From assembly GCF_009914755.1 (NCBI RefSeq), contig NC_060947.1: DNA of 64,000 nucleotides; one strand, given 5' to 3'. The number at the start of each line of letters is the position of its first letter. Position 1 is the first letter of the stretch. The position numbers were made by a program, and so were the translations under genes. Positions 26,574 through 42,775 of this stretch are shown piece by piece. Below the pieces are notes generated by a model, which was not told where the DNA came from, did not search any database, and saw only the letters and a program-made list of their open reading frames with translations. The DNA is from the human T2T-CHM13v2.0 reference genome, Homo sapiens.

Positions 26574-29500
26574 TTCAAGGACTTGGAACCTGACTGTTCC
26601 AGGTCCAACCTGAACCTGCTTGGAAAGGCGGGTTCCATAGAGTACCCATTGAAAACTATGTGGTTTTGTTCGTTCTTTGTTGTGTTTTCACTGTGTAACT
26701 AAGCAAATGACGGGGTTTGTACACTGCTGGGAGTGAGCAGATATGGTTGGAGAGGTGGGGCACTGTTTAGGGCATGGGGAAATCAGAGCACATGTTCTCT
26801 CAAGGTCCTGAGGTTGAGATAAAATGGTTTGAAACTGGGGACAGAGAAGGGAGCAAGGGCAGTTCCTAAAAGGTACAAAGCCGAGATTCACCCCGCTGCT
26901 TCCAGGCCAGAGTTCTGGGTAGGACGTCAATGAGACCCAGGCCGGTACAGCCAGCTTTCAATAGAGCTGGTCTGTGAAACTTGGCCGAGAGGACAGAGGA
27001 AGATTGATGTTTGCTCCAGAGTGGGGCTGTCAGCTGTGCTCACCACCTCACCATGCTCCCAGCTGTAAACAAAAGTCCTGGCCCTTCATGGCACTGCAGA
27101 GCAGTCCAGGCTGGCGTAAGTCTCTGAGGACAGCTAGACCATTTTCTCATCCTGGCTGAGAACCAGAAGACAGAAGAAACAATAGAAGGTGGTGGGTAGG
27201 GGTGGGCAGGATTGCAAGGGGGTGAGAATCAGTGACCAGAGGGAAGGAGCTGTCAATTTCAGATCTTAGGTTTGTGCATCCAAGTACTTAGTACAAATCT
27301 TATAGGGAAAGCAGACCCCTTTCCTTGTCAGCTTCACAGATAATAGTGAACTACCAAAGGAGGCTTGCAGGGACTCTAGTGCCTCATTCATTCATTCATT
27401 CTTTCAGTGAATACCTCATGTGCCTGTCACTGGGCTAGATACTCTGGGTGATGCCAAAGTAATACAAGACAGCTCGTAAATTCAAGGAACTTACAAGAAG
27501 TTTGTAAACGTGTAACCTTAAGTCACAATACCAATAGTAAGACTTTAAATCCTAAGTGACAGACATAGAATAAGAGTTTAGAAACGAGAGTAGTCATATC
27601 TGGTCATCATCAGAGAAAATGGAGTTTGAGAGGGCTATAGAAAGATAGACACAATTTGGCCAAGGGAAAAAAGATACCAGGCATTCCAGGCTAGGACCAA
27701 ATTGTTAGTAACAATGAGGCCTGCCTTCGCGAAGGCAGAAAGTTAGTATGACACAGACTCTCTTCAGTCTTCACCCCGTCATGTTCCTCACCACAGCTAA
27801 CCCAGTCTTCAAAACTCACTTAAATGTCACTTCCTCAGGGAGGCCTTCCCTGATCTCCAGGGCCAGATTAAGTACTCTTGCTTTATGTTCCCATAGCACC
27901 CATTACTTTCCCCTTTCTAAGACACCACTATTTTCACCTGATGACCTACTCATGTCTCCCTACAATTTGTTCTCCACTCTGCAGCCGGAGTTTTTTTGCA
28001 AATGCAAATCTGTTACATCACTTCCCTCTTGGAAACTCTCCTACCTCTAACATCTTCCTTCTCCTTTGCCTTCCTGGTCCTTCTTGCCTCTTTCCATCTT
28101 ACTTTTCCTTCTGGTCACTTCTTAAATGTCTCTATCTAAGTTTGTCTCCCCTGCCAGAATGTCAGCCCTCTGAGGGCAGGAGTTATGTTTCTTCCTCACC
28201 ATGTATCTGTGTATTTAGCACAGTGCCTGGCATATTGTGTTAGGCACTCCACAAAAATTTGTGAATAAATCCAAGGGAGATAAGGCAATATTAGTAGCCA
28301 ACTGAAGGATTAATCTTACACTTCTGTGCAAAGGGAAATCTTTAAAAGTTTTTAAATAGGGGTATAAAAAAAATCATGAGAGAACCCTGCCTTCTGACAA
28401 AACAAACAGAACAAAGCAAAAAATGATCAAACAAAACCCAGAGAACTCCAACCTCAGCTTACCCTAAACCCGGCCTCCCAATGATCTTGTAGACTCATGT
28501 TCTCTTCCTTTCTGTTTCCCCCACCACTGCCTCCTCCAAAAACACAAGAAAACTTACTCATTGATCCTTCCAACCAGAGAAATTTGGCAGTATGGCCAAA
28601 TACACTTACTTCCACATTTGTAGTTGTTCGTTGGGCTAGCATTTATTGCCCACCTCCATTGTTCCAAGTGCTGTGCTCATAGCTACAGATGGAGACTTTT
28701 TTCTTACCTCGATGGTGCTCACAACTGAGTGAACCCCTTACACTTACCACTCACTTCGTGACTTCAAATTTCTAGTGAAGGGCTTTGCTTTACCTGGGCT
28801 CAGTGATGGAGACTTTTCAGGGTACTGGAGCCTGCAAAAGACCTCAATTTCAGGACCATCTGTAAAACTGGGGACTCAGTGAGACTCAGAGGATGGATAA
28901 GTATATCCGTTTACACTAGACTGTTACCTTTCTGTGAGGAGGCTAAATGGCAGGGTGGTGAATATCCGGAAGGGTGGTTAGGCATCAGCCATTTCTTAAC
29001 CTTATTAGGTTGGGCTTACTAAGGCAAACAGGCCACCAAGGTGCACCTCTTGAGTGAAGCAGCATGGAAAAACTCAAGGAATGACAGGAGAAAGAATTGG
29101 ATTTCTCATTAAAAATAGAGGCACTGCCTTGCACTTTGAGGGGGGCTGAAATAAGAATGCAACTCCAAGAAACCTTCCAAAGATAATCAGAGGACACCCA
29201 CTCACCCTGAGGTAGCCCTTAATGCCAGGGTATGGTTTTTTCATCTCAGATTCAGTTCCCAGCTAATTAGGGGGTAGCAAATTAAGACATCAGAGAGCCA
29301 GTGCACGTTCACCCCTTCACACCCCCCACCCCCAAAGAAGGGTGAAGGAAAGAAATAGATACTATTTTGTAGCTGAAGTCCTAACTGGATATCTCTTGGC
29401 TGAAGAATAACATCATACATGGTATCAGTGACACTTTAAAGATATAGTCATTAGTTTTGACCCTCTCTTTCCCCCTTGAATCCTTTACCCTAAACATGAA

Positions 29501-30286
29501 TCCACCACCAGGATGTTAGGGAGAGAGACTATATGTAGCAGATGGAGACAAATGAGATTAACTTCCATGATTCATTACTTTTGCCTGTTAGGTAGCCTTG
29601 GGTGAAGACAGTTCATACACCTGGAATTTGACATCCTAATGAGATGGGACAGGAAGGGTTAACTCCAAAATCAGTGAAGTATATTTCATAGGAGAATAAC
29701 AACACATTCACGAGAAACCATATTGTCTCCTTCCTTAATAGACCAACCTGAAGCTTAGGCCAATCAAATGATGATAACAGGTTGTGTTTCTGCTACGCAA
29801 AGACTAAAAGAAGTGTAAGTCTAAGGGATTAACAAATTCACAAAGAAACCCTGGTGAAAGAAATCCTGAATTTCTGCTATTTGGAGCTTGGCATGACCAT
29901 TGCACACCTGTAATATCATTGTAACTGTTGCCAAGATTTTTGCTATATCCCGTTTCTGTGGGGACTGTGAATATCTAATATGAGTGTCGTCAACAGATGA
30001 ACAGGGCAGAGGTTGGGAACTGAATGTTCATCACAGAAACAGTTTTTTCCCTTGCAGATTACCTTTGGCCTTGAATCTGTTGCTGTCTACAAGTCAGAGC
30101 CATCCCAGAAGTGAGCCTCTGGAGCTAATAAATGATGACACACTCTAGTCTTTCCCTTCCTGTTCTATTCTTTCCTTTCACAGCTTCAACTAAGTTGAGA
30201 AAAAAGGGGGACTACACTGAGGGCCTGAGCTTTGCCCAATCAAGCCCTCAGTATCCCCATGTTGTCTGATGAGCAGACTAGACTAA

Positions 30287-30639
<353 letters not shown>

Positions 30640-32479
30640 CCAGTTTCTAAAATTCTAAGACATTGTTATCTGTTGAGCCAGTTGTCTTATGGGAAATCCC
30701 ATGAGACATTTGTTTTCTAAAAGAGCCAACTGTTTATTTCTCTGCATGGGCATATTGGTGAGAGTTAAATGCAGTCAGGATAGCAAATGTGTTGCTGTGG
30801 CCAATTGTCTTAAGCATTCTTGCCCTTCTGATGGTCAGGGCTGTCTTTGTAACAATGATTCTCATTGTCTGAAGTAGTTAAGGATTAGCATTAAACTGAG
30901 GACTGATAAGACTGAGGTCATTAGCCAGGCATTGTTAGTAAGTAAAAGGGGAGGTAGGGTGACAAGTATTCAGGACTTCTGTAGGTTGATAACTTGAAGA
31001 GGGGCTTAGAGTCAGAAAGATGCCCAATTGTTAGATTCCTTTGTCATCATAGCCCTTGACTTTAGCCTATTCTCAAAAAATGATCTTTCTATAATATTGC
31101 CAAATAATACAGCTGAAACATCCCTTGACCTGTTAAATGGCTTAAATTGAAAGTTATAGATGATGCAGTTTTGATTTTCAAATTTTTTAAAGAAGCAGTA
31201 AACTCTTCTCATCCTCTCTCCTCACTCCAAAGAAAATATTATGGTAAAGCAAGTATATAAACTGAGAGTGGAGTTATGCAGATTGAAACGTCTGTATATA
31301 TGTGTGGGGGATGGGTATGGCTGCCTGTCCTTCCTTCCCTTCCCATGAAACCCTAGGACTCCTTGAAAATGACTTTGAAAATCCTTTGCCAAATAGATAA
31401 ATTATTGTACTGTACTGAGAAATAGGTAACTTTGGGTAAGTCCCTTAAGGTCTCTCAGCCTCATTTCCTCACCTGTTACATGGATACCTGGTTATCTTAC
31501 CTCAAGTTTGCTTTGAGGATGACATGGCACTTAAGAGCTTTGAAAAGGGGGGAAAAAAAAACCACAAAGATACTTGTTACCTTGATAGTGTAGTACTTCA
31601 TGACACGACCCTTGCAAAGAAAGTATAGTTAGTGAGAACTAGCACAGCAATTGGGTGGTTAAAAATTTTTTTGAACTACAGTACTCATGACTTTTAAAAA
31701 CTTATATAGTAAACACTAATTCATTTCTTGCTATGAGCTTGGTATGAGGAATACAAAGATAAATACCTTATAATCCCTGACCTCAAACTCATTTATCTGT
31801 GAGGGAAATAGACAAAAGAACAGTATCTAATCTTACAAGTACAAATATAGAGCTATGTACAGGGCATTATCAGATAACCTAAATCTATCTGGATGTTAGG
31901 GTCATAGCAGTTTGAGAATGCCTCACAGAAAACATGATATCTGGCGAGAGCCTTGACAGATGAATAGAATACCTCAGGTGGTCAAGGGAAGGCGTTGAAA
32001 GGCTAAGGAACAGCATGTGCAAAGGCACAGAGCATTAGACAGGATCCGGCTTGCTGGGTTCAGGGATCTGTGGGTGGATCAGCAAGGCCAAATTAAGGAT
32101 GCATTTAGTGGAGTGAGGGGAGTGATGAGAGAAGAGGCTGGAGTCACTGGCAGGAGCCAGAGAAGAAAATTTCTGGTAGGCCAACTTAAGCCACTTGGGC
32201 TTTTTCCTGAGGCAATAGGGAGCCGTTGAAGGATTCAAAGCAAGGAAGTGTCATAAATAGACAGTTTTAGAAAGGCCAAATTGGCAATAGTGTGGAGGAT
32301 AGGAAACCACACTGGAGTCAAAGATTGAACCAAGATGAAGTCAGGGAGTATAGAGAAGGAGGCAGGAGTTTCAGAAATATTTGAACGGTAAACACAGCAG
32401 GACTTGGTAATTGATTTTATCTGAGGGCTGTGGAAGAACTAGTTTTCAAGGACGACTCCCAAGTTTCTGGCTTAGATGA

Positions 32480-32865
<386 letters not shown>

Positions 32866-33183
32866 TGAGGTACCCATGGGATGAAGTCAGAAATGTAAGA
32901 ATCATCAGCACATAGGTTATCACAACCATGGAAACAGTCAAGAACAGCCAAGCAGTAGGCGTGTGGTGAGGAGAAGTGAAATCAGGAGATTAAATCCTGG
33001 AGAATAAGAACACATAAGAAGGTATGGCAGAGGGTCAAGAGAAGAAATTAGAGAATGAAGTCCATGAGAGAAGAGAATCTCAAAGAAGGTGTGACAACTC
33101 TGACAAATGTTACAGAGAAATCATGGAAGGTTAGGGCAGAAAAGTGTTGACTTGACATGGCGATTAAGAAGGTAGTATGAGGA

Positions 33184-34001
<818 letters not shown>

Positions 34002-34426
34002 TTAGGTCAATGGAGAGAAATTCAAGGTCCAATGGAGAGTAGTTTGTCTCCTTATTTTTTCTTTTAGATGGAAGACTCACTTCTTCCTCTTTTTCTTTTT
34101 CTCCTCCCCCTCTCCCTCCTCCTTTTCCTTCTTCCTTTTCTTCCCCGCACCTGAAAAAGCTGAGGCTAAGAGAGATTAAGCCATTTTCCATGGTTGTATA
34201 GTTTTTAAACACGTTTTATGCCAGCAGGAAGAACCTAGTGTCAGTTGAGAAACAAAATATAAAGAGAAGTGATTTTAGCTTGACCCTTTTTGTGAGCGTG
34301 GGCTTAGCAAGTGAGACTCACAGCATGGAATTTGAAGAGAGATTATGATGATGTAGTCTGGTCATGTAAAAGCTAACTTTAATTGAGCACTTACTATTTG
34401 CCAAGCACTGACTTAAGCACTTTACC

Positions 34427-35084
<658 letters not shown>

Positions 35085-36043
35085 ACTGCATTATCTCATT
35101 TAATTCCCACAACAACCCTATGAGGTAGGTATTGTTATTGCTTTCATTTAACAGATGCAAAAGCTGAAGCACAGAAAAATTTGATGATTTACTCAAGGCC
35201 ACATAGTTACTGCATGCTGGATATTTCAGAGCCTTCAAATGTCCCTTTAGAGGAGGAAACTGAGACTGAGGGAGGTGAAGTCATTTGTCCAAGAACCCAT
35301 ATCTAGTAAGTGCTGGAATTGTAATTCAAACCCAGGCTCTGTCTGGTACCAAAGCCACCAGTAATCACTACACTGTCATGAATAGAAGCTATTAAAATAA
35401 AGAATATGTGTGCATTTTTCTCGATCCAGCTCTGTAAGGCTAAATGTTCCTTGAATTTAGATGATGGTAAGAATTTTCCCTATTCCATAAAATTGATAGT
35501 GAGAGCATGTACTTCCTTGGTAATGCCCCATACGGTATAGTGCAACCAGGATATTTGTAGAAAGCCTCATGGTGAAAGCAGAGACTGAGAAAAACAGAGC
35601 TACACAGGCAGAGTGACAATAGCTGAGTTCTCATGTGACTTCTTCAGGTGGCTCCCTGACATAAGATTTACTTCATCATCCTTCCATGAAGAGAATGCTT
35701 TGTGAGGGAGAAAGCCCCTGGCTCAGATGCCCTTCTAGGATTTCCTAACAAGCTGTTCTGATACCACCAGCCCAAGTTCATAGACTGTACGCATTATCCT
35801 AGTTGTGAAGTCTCATCATGTAGCGAAGAGTGTGAGCTGAGAAGACCAGCTTAATTGCTATCCCCTCAGAGATGACTGGCTTTCCAGTGAGAACAATGTG
35901 TGGAGCATGCAGAGGCCAAAATCCCTGCTACTGTACTCACTAGTCACTGCCAGGGCTTTTATCGGGTGATTGGTTTTTGAAATATAGCTTGATACTAGTC
36001 TTCAGATTTGGAATATTACTAATGTTTAATCAGAACATTATCA

Positions 36044-36307
36044 TTTTTTTTCAGAGCAGGAGTGGAAGTTTATTAAAAAGCTTTAAAGCAGGAAATAAAG
36101 TGCACTTTGAAGAGATCCAAGTGGGCGACTTGAAGAACAAGTGCCCCGTTTAACCATGATCCTAGGACTTTATAGGCTGGCCCACCTCCGGTGTCTTGCG
36201 CCCCTTTCCCATGATTCTTCCCTTAGGGTGGGCTGCCTGCATGCACAGTGCCCTCCTTACCCTCGGGAAGTGAGCATGTGCAGTGTGTTTAGGAAGTTGT
36301 ACGCTTG
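36044..36307 (-). mobile_element. ERV1 LTR fragment (MER50-like; family assignment tentative) with poly(A) tail and TSD
   Basis: On - strand: LTR-like U3, TATAAA, AATAAA 17 nt before an A8 tail; TSD AGAACATT(A/G)TCATT at 36032-36045 and 36308-36321. Confidence 0.7.
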
Positions 36308-36615
36308 AGAACATTGTCATTCTTAATTCAGGGATACAATTTACAAGGTTCTGCTGTCTTCTTAGCTTTGGTTCTGTTACACCCAAAGAGCAGTTTGTGT
36401 GTGTGGTATGTATGCATGCATGTGTGTGTGTGTGAACTCTATCTGGTTTTATAAAATCTCTTTTTGGTCTATTTTTTCTGTGACCAATAAGTTCACAGAA
36501 AGAGAATGAATGTAGTATACAGTAAACCGAATGGGAAGTCACACTATCATTCTACATGTACCTACTGAGTGTTGCTAGGTACCAGGAGCTATGTGAGCTA
36601 AAAAGTTGTATAATT

Positions 36616-36784
<169 letters not shown>

Positions 36785-38320
36785 CTACATTTCCTCCACT
36801 GAGCAGATGATAATGCTACCTGGCTTCCTAATTCCCTAGTGGTTCCCATGCTTGGTTGATTTTGTCTTTCATTAGCAGCACAGCCTAGGAAGACCATTAA
36901 TCCTAACATAGTGAAATCAAATTTAAGATTTTGATAGCAAGAAATGATAAGATAATAATATTCCATTGAGAGTGCAGAGAGGCAAGTGGGAACACACAGG
37001 AAGATTCCCAAGAGGTGATATGTTCTGGACAAAGTTGAGATAGTTGCATGGCCCAGTGAAAAGAGAAAATAACTTCAAGAGTCAAATAACCTTTCAACTA
37101 GAAGCATGCCCATTCTTTGGTGACAGGTAGGGAAAAATGCTTATGGGAGAAAGCTAAAGGAATAAATTTTCTTCACTACCTTTCTTCCATGTAGAAAGCT
37201 CTTTTTGCTTTGCCTGTGAATTCTGGGAGAACAAGAGGCTGTGCTTGTAGAATGAGGCAATAAAAGATGACAGACCAGTGGTTTTCCAGAGAGCAGAGCA
37301 AACCAAAGGGAAGATGGAGGGACTGATAGCCTTAACAACAACTGAATAAATAAAGCGCTTTCCCTGGAAAAATATATGTATAAAATATTTAGCTGGCATT
37401 AAATATTAAAAATGAATTAATGAAAACACCCAAAACACTTTATTTATGTAGGAAGTTTTTCCTCTTTAAAAAATGCTGTTCTAAATCTCAACATCACTTC
37501 AGATGTGATCTAGGCAGAAGGTAGTGTGGTCTCTGGAGGGGTAAGTACTATAAGAATGATGATAAATGGAAGCAACCTCCAAGTGAGCCTCCTGTGACCT
37601 CCTGCCAATTCACTGTGGTAAGAAGGGTTCAATTTTTATTGTATGATTGAGAGATTGCTAGGTGACAGATGCTCCCAGTGAGACCCAGTATTTCCCAGCC
37701 CCTGTACATATGTGGGAAGGGTGAGGAAAATGAAAGTCATCTGCACCTGATTCTGACACCATGCATCTCCCTTCCCTGCTTGGGGGCTCCAATGGGGAGG
37801 AATAGCACCTTCCACCTGGCATTGCCTCTGAGTGGCTTTGTGTGCTCCTGTGGGCTATTATGTTGGTTGGTACTTTGGCTTCTTTGGCTCCCAGCACCAG
37901 CTGATGCCCTGATCTGAGTCCCAGTTGGGCAGGCTCTATTGCTCAGTGCTGTAGCTGTCTCCAGGGCATTGTTCTTGAGACTTCCAACAGGGCAGATTTG
38001 TGCAGTTGGCCCATCTGGACAAGATCTATAACAAGTAGAGCTCTGTGCAATAAGCTCATCTCCATAGTCCACCCTCCCCGCTACCCCCGCCTTCGGGCTG
38101 CAGCAGCCTGACACCCCAGCCCCTCCATGGAGAGTATCAAAGAGATGCTCTCTGCTCCTTTCAAAGGAGTATTGCTTGTGGCCTCTCATTGATTGGCACT
38201 ACCTGGGCAGAAATAGGAAAACAGGGGTTTTCTGCCCTTCTCAATTCAATCTGCTCCCTTATGCCAGTTATTTTGTTTTAAATCTGCTTGGCACCAGAGT
38301 TATAATATTGCCAATAAAAA

Positions 38321-38447
38321 TAATTTCTAGACCAGCTACCCTGGTCAGCTCAGAATGCTCTCCTCAAAACTAAGAGACAGACAAGAGGAGTATCTCAGTG
38401 AACAGGAAAGAGCAGACAAGTGCAATAGGAAAAGGGATAAAGACAAA
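38321..38447 (+). repeat. 127-bp direct repeat, copy 1
   Basis: Matches 39424-39550 with 5 mismatches and no gaps. Confidence 0.95.
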
Positions 38448-39423
38448 TCAAGCTCTTGGTTTGATTATAGGATTAGCTTTGGCCATTGGATTTATTGACT
38501 TTCAATTTGGATCACCATATGGAGGGAGGGAGGGAGGGAAGGAGGAAGAGAGAGAGAAAAGGAGAGAGAAAGAGAGAAGCAGAGAGAGAGACTGGACTTA
38601 TGTGCTTAATTATTCTAGGTCCAGAGAAAAGGACAAGATGTCTAAGAGATCATTTGATCACTTCTTTCTTCCAGTGTCAGTCCCACACTTTAATCTCTCC
38701 TGTTTCAGTTACTCACAGTTGGTCACTTCAAAGGTCTCAGTGTGCCAGGCACATGCTTCCCCATGTCCCAGTGGTATGTCAGGCCTGAAGTGGGCTCTTC
38801 CACACCAACTCTCTCTATTCTGACGTTTCTGGTAGCTTCAACTGACTGCTACACCTACTCACTGCTTCTCCTTGTGGAGCAAGAAGGGTGAAGAAACAAC
38901 TCTGAATTATGGCTCTTTAACTTCTACAACTTCTACCCTGATGTTGGTCAAATCAATGTTGATCTAGTATAGGGGTCTTCTACGTGCCTAGTTCCTCCCC
39001 AGCAAACCTGAAGCCCATTCTATCCTTAACAAGGTTGCAGCGGCACCTTTATTTGCACACCAAAAGGAGGTGAAAGACCAGGTTGGAAATGAAGGGCCCT
39101 GGAAAATAGACTTTGGTGAGAAAGAAGAAACAAATGAAAGCCCAGCCAACAAAAGACACTCTGAGAATAGTTTCTCTATTCTACTCCTCCTGGGTTCCAC
39201 TACCTTGGATCTCACTTTTCTCAAAAGTTTTCTAGCATCATAAAGTAAGTTTCTTAAAGAACAAGTATTTTTCTTTTTTTACACTCCCCAGCTGTCCAAC
39301 AGATCCTGCCATCATGCTAGTTAATTAGGGAACGGAACGAATATTTCTGAGACCAGAATGTTCAGGTGGATCTGGAAGGTTAGTCTTTTTGAGAACCCAA
39401 AGTCTCTGCCCCAATTCTGACAG

Positions 39424-39550
39424 TAATTTCTGAACCAGCTACCCTGGTCAGCTCAGAACGCTCTCCTCAAAACTAAGAGACAGACAAGAGGAGTATCTCA
39501 GTGAACAGGAAAGAGCAGACAAGCGCAATAGGAAAAGGGATGAAGACAAA
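39424..39550 (+). repeat. 127-bp direct repeat, copy 2
   Basis: Matches 38321-38447. Confidence 0.95.
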
Positions 39551-40189
39551 GTGTGGGGCTTCCCAAGAGACTTGAACACCTCTCTGTTGGGCCATATAGT
39601 CGCTAGCCCAGTGCAGCCTATGACTGTTCCAACCCTCTCGAGAGGTGGGGAACTTGCGGCTTTGCCTTCCTCTCACTTCAAGGAAACCTGACTAGGCCCC
39701 ACAGGGCAGCACTTGTGGATAGGAGAAACTCACCATTTGAATCTGCAGCAGGAGGGACAGAGGACAGAGTAATGGCCAGGCTCTGGGTGGGAGGTGGCAG
39801 GGGGAGAAGTGGTGCAGATTAAGATGACAAATGCCAGAATCTAGCAGCAGTGTTCTGAATACTCTCCACTGGAGTATTGGAAAACAGGGAGGCTCCAGCA
39901 AGGGCAGAAGGTCATCCTGGCCCCAGGAATGTGGCCAAACCTTAGTCTCATGAGAAATGGGAAAGTATGGAGAAAATATGGACTAGGGTAGATAAGCCAT
40001 CTTTATAAGTACAGCCACCATTGGCACCATGCAATATAGGCCCACATAGCTTTGGGACTGGTAGTTGAAGTTCTGAGTGGGAGATCAGGAAGGAACTGTC
40101 CAAACCCCTAATGGAGTCTAACTGAGGGAGAAAGCCCACCCAGGAGGAAGCAGGAGGCCAGCAGCAGGACTCTATAGCTCCCACCCTAT

Positions 40190-40480
40190 TCACAGAGCCT
40201 GGTGGATATCTTCTGACCATAGCACTTTATAGACAACCCAGTAGAAGATATTGAAGATGAGGAAAGTGAAAGGGAAGACAGCCCGGGAGATGGTGTCAAT
40301 TCTCTTGGCTCAGTCCACGTAGAGTTTCCGCGTGGTTTCTCCTTCCCTTAGAAGAGGGGCTGGAGGTTGGGGACTATAAATGCCAGAACCTTCCATTGGA
40401 CCTCCATCTCTTGCCTGCAGGCAGTGGCCCAAGCCATAGCCACGGAAATAGAAACGACTTTCTTGGATGATATCTTCCTC
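40190..40480 (-). pseudogene. GLRA4: GLRA4 exon 9 coding part (M3-M4 loop, premature stop, TM4)
   Basis: EEDIIQESRFYFRGYGLGHCLQ...[45 protein letters not shown]; acceptor TTCCAG|. Confidence 0.95.
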
Positions 40481-41158
40481 CTGGAATTACAAGGAAGAAA
40501 CGGCAGAATTTGAGGTCAAAGCTCAAAGGCAGAGGGATAGAGAACAGACCACCCATCAATATCTCATAGGGAATGTTATGCAGACAAGGTGCCTTGGGTA
40601 CACAGGCCCATTGCATGCTTTTTATGGTCACAACACTACTCATGAGATAGATGTATGCTAAGCAGCTCTACGTGCTATATATAGTGTATGTCATGATTCC
40701 ATGGCAGATAGGCTCTAAGCTACCCATGTAAAATGCAAAACATCATTTAGAGTTATCTAAAATCCAGTGAAGTGCCGGCCACTGTGAGAGGACATCTCAA
40801 TGTCAAGTTATCTCTGACTGGTAATAAACAAAACAACAAAACTATTAGATAGTGAAGTTGAGATATTCAGTCTTAGTAAACTTGACTTTAATGACTTTCA
40901 AAAGCTTCAGAATTCATTCCCCTTTTGAATCGTATCTTTTAAAATTTATCTCAACTTAAAACTGAAAATTCCAAAAGTTTTAAATAACCCAATGAGTTAT
41001 CCAAATTAGGATAAACACATGCCCAGTGAGGGGTAAATTTTATATAAGCACTAAGTAATGCGGCAGACTGCCAAAAGTCCATTTTCCAATAGTTAGCTGA
41101 CAACCTTTAGTAGCTAAACGCAGCTAGGAGCCAGGAAGTAGGGACAGAAAGATAAAGT

Positions 41159-41182
41159 TGAGAGAGAAAGAGAGCAAGAGAG

Positions 41183-41219
<37 letters not shown>
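41159..41219. repeat. (GA)n microsatellite
   Basis: Interrupted then perfect GA run. Confidence 0.9.
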
Positions 41220-41221
<2 letters not shown>

Positions 41222-41769
41222 CAAAACCTCTGAGTGTCAATAGAGAGAGCTTTACTTATATGAGGCCCTCAGGCCCCCATTCACAGCCTATTTAGTCTTA
41301 TTTTATATGCAACCCTAACAAGCCTAATTTTATTTACTTCTAAAGGACAGGGTTGAGAAATGCTTCCTTCAAAGATGGTGGTAATTTCTTAAAGTATTCA
41401 TGGTTTTAGAGTCAAAGTTTCAGGTATCTAAGAAATCACCTGAAGTGCAATGGCCTCTTGGAGGACGATGCAAACTGTCATCTCGGTTTGTCCAGAACGG
41501 AAGGTGTTCCTAAGACTTGGGTCTTTCAGGGCTGAAACTGGGGAAGTGCAAGGCAAATCAGGAAGAGCTGGTCATCCTGTGGCTACCTGAGGTATTTATT
41601 ATAAGTTATAAGAAAAAAATATGTGTATATTGTATAGGTATGACATAGATATATACAAAATGTGGATAAAGTAGATTTTAAACACTCTGTCTCTCTCAGT
41701 TAGAGGGACACCACAGGGTCTTTATCGTGGGACCTCTGCAGCTATGGCAACACACTGAAAAGTGGCTTT

Positions 41770-42119
<350 letters not shown>

Positions 42120-42752
42120 CTAGTAACCCTTGATAATGACATGACTAGAAACTGACCTGTCATCATAAAGACAGGCCTTGGTTCACCTCACATGTACTCT
42201 GTAATTCATTTTTACACTATTCTGACAAAGGAGGTTGTGCTGGACCCATTTTCGAGGTGAAGAACCAGAGGCAAACAAAATATTTTGCAATAATTTTAAA
42301 ATGAGGGGAGTAAGTAAAATGGTTTTCTCCTTTGATTTCCAGTTCAGGGTCCCTCAGATGACCCTGTTGCCCAGTACTCACCCTGATCCCCTGAGCCCTA
42401 CCCTGGCTAGAGGATGTAAGCAAAGGATGTTGGCAAAAAAGCTCTGAGGGGGAAAGTTGGATCCAACTGCTATTTCTGTTTCTATAGATCTAATTATTTT
42501 CCCTTTTCTCCAATCATAATAAATCTAAAGGGAGTTATTTGGACACATTTCCCAGGCTGGAAAAAGCCATTTCACACAGGAGAGAAAATATGGCCAACAG
42601 AGTAAGCTGGTCTTGGCTTTTTGTGACTTTAACATACTGCACCTGTTGTAGCTGGAGGAGCAAAGATGAATGGCTTGAAATCCAGGGGTGGGGCATCCTG
42701 CATTTGGGTATTCTCTATTTAGGCCAAATTCTGAGGGGTGTTTGTGTGTGGG

Positions 42753-42775
42753 GTGTGTGTGTGTGTGTGTGTGTG
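42753..42775. repeat. (GT)n microsatellite
   Basis: GT run. Confidence 0.85.

Noticed and set aside
37737-38189. 150-aa - strand ORF downstream of GLRA4
   Set aside because: No recognisable homology or codon pattern; an ORF of this length is plausible by chance in GC-richer sequence
40310-40312. GLRA4 UGA as selenocysteine or programmed read-through
   Set aside because: The position is Arg in paralogues, the context is not UGA-CUAG, no SECIS was recognised, and other damaging substitutions are present
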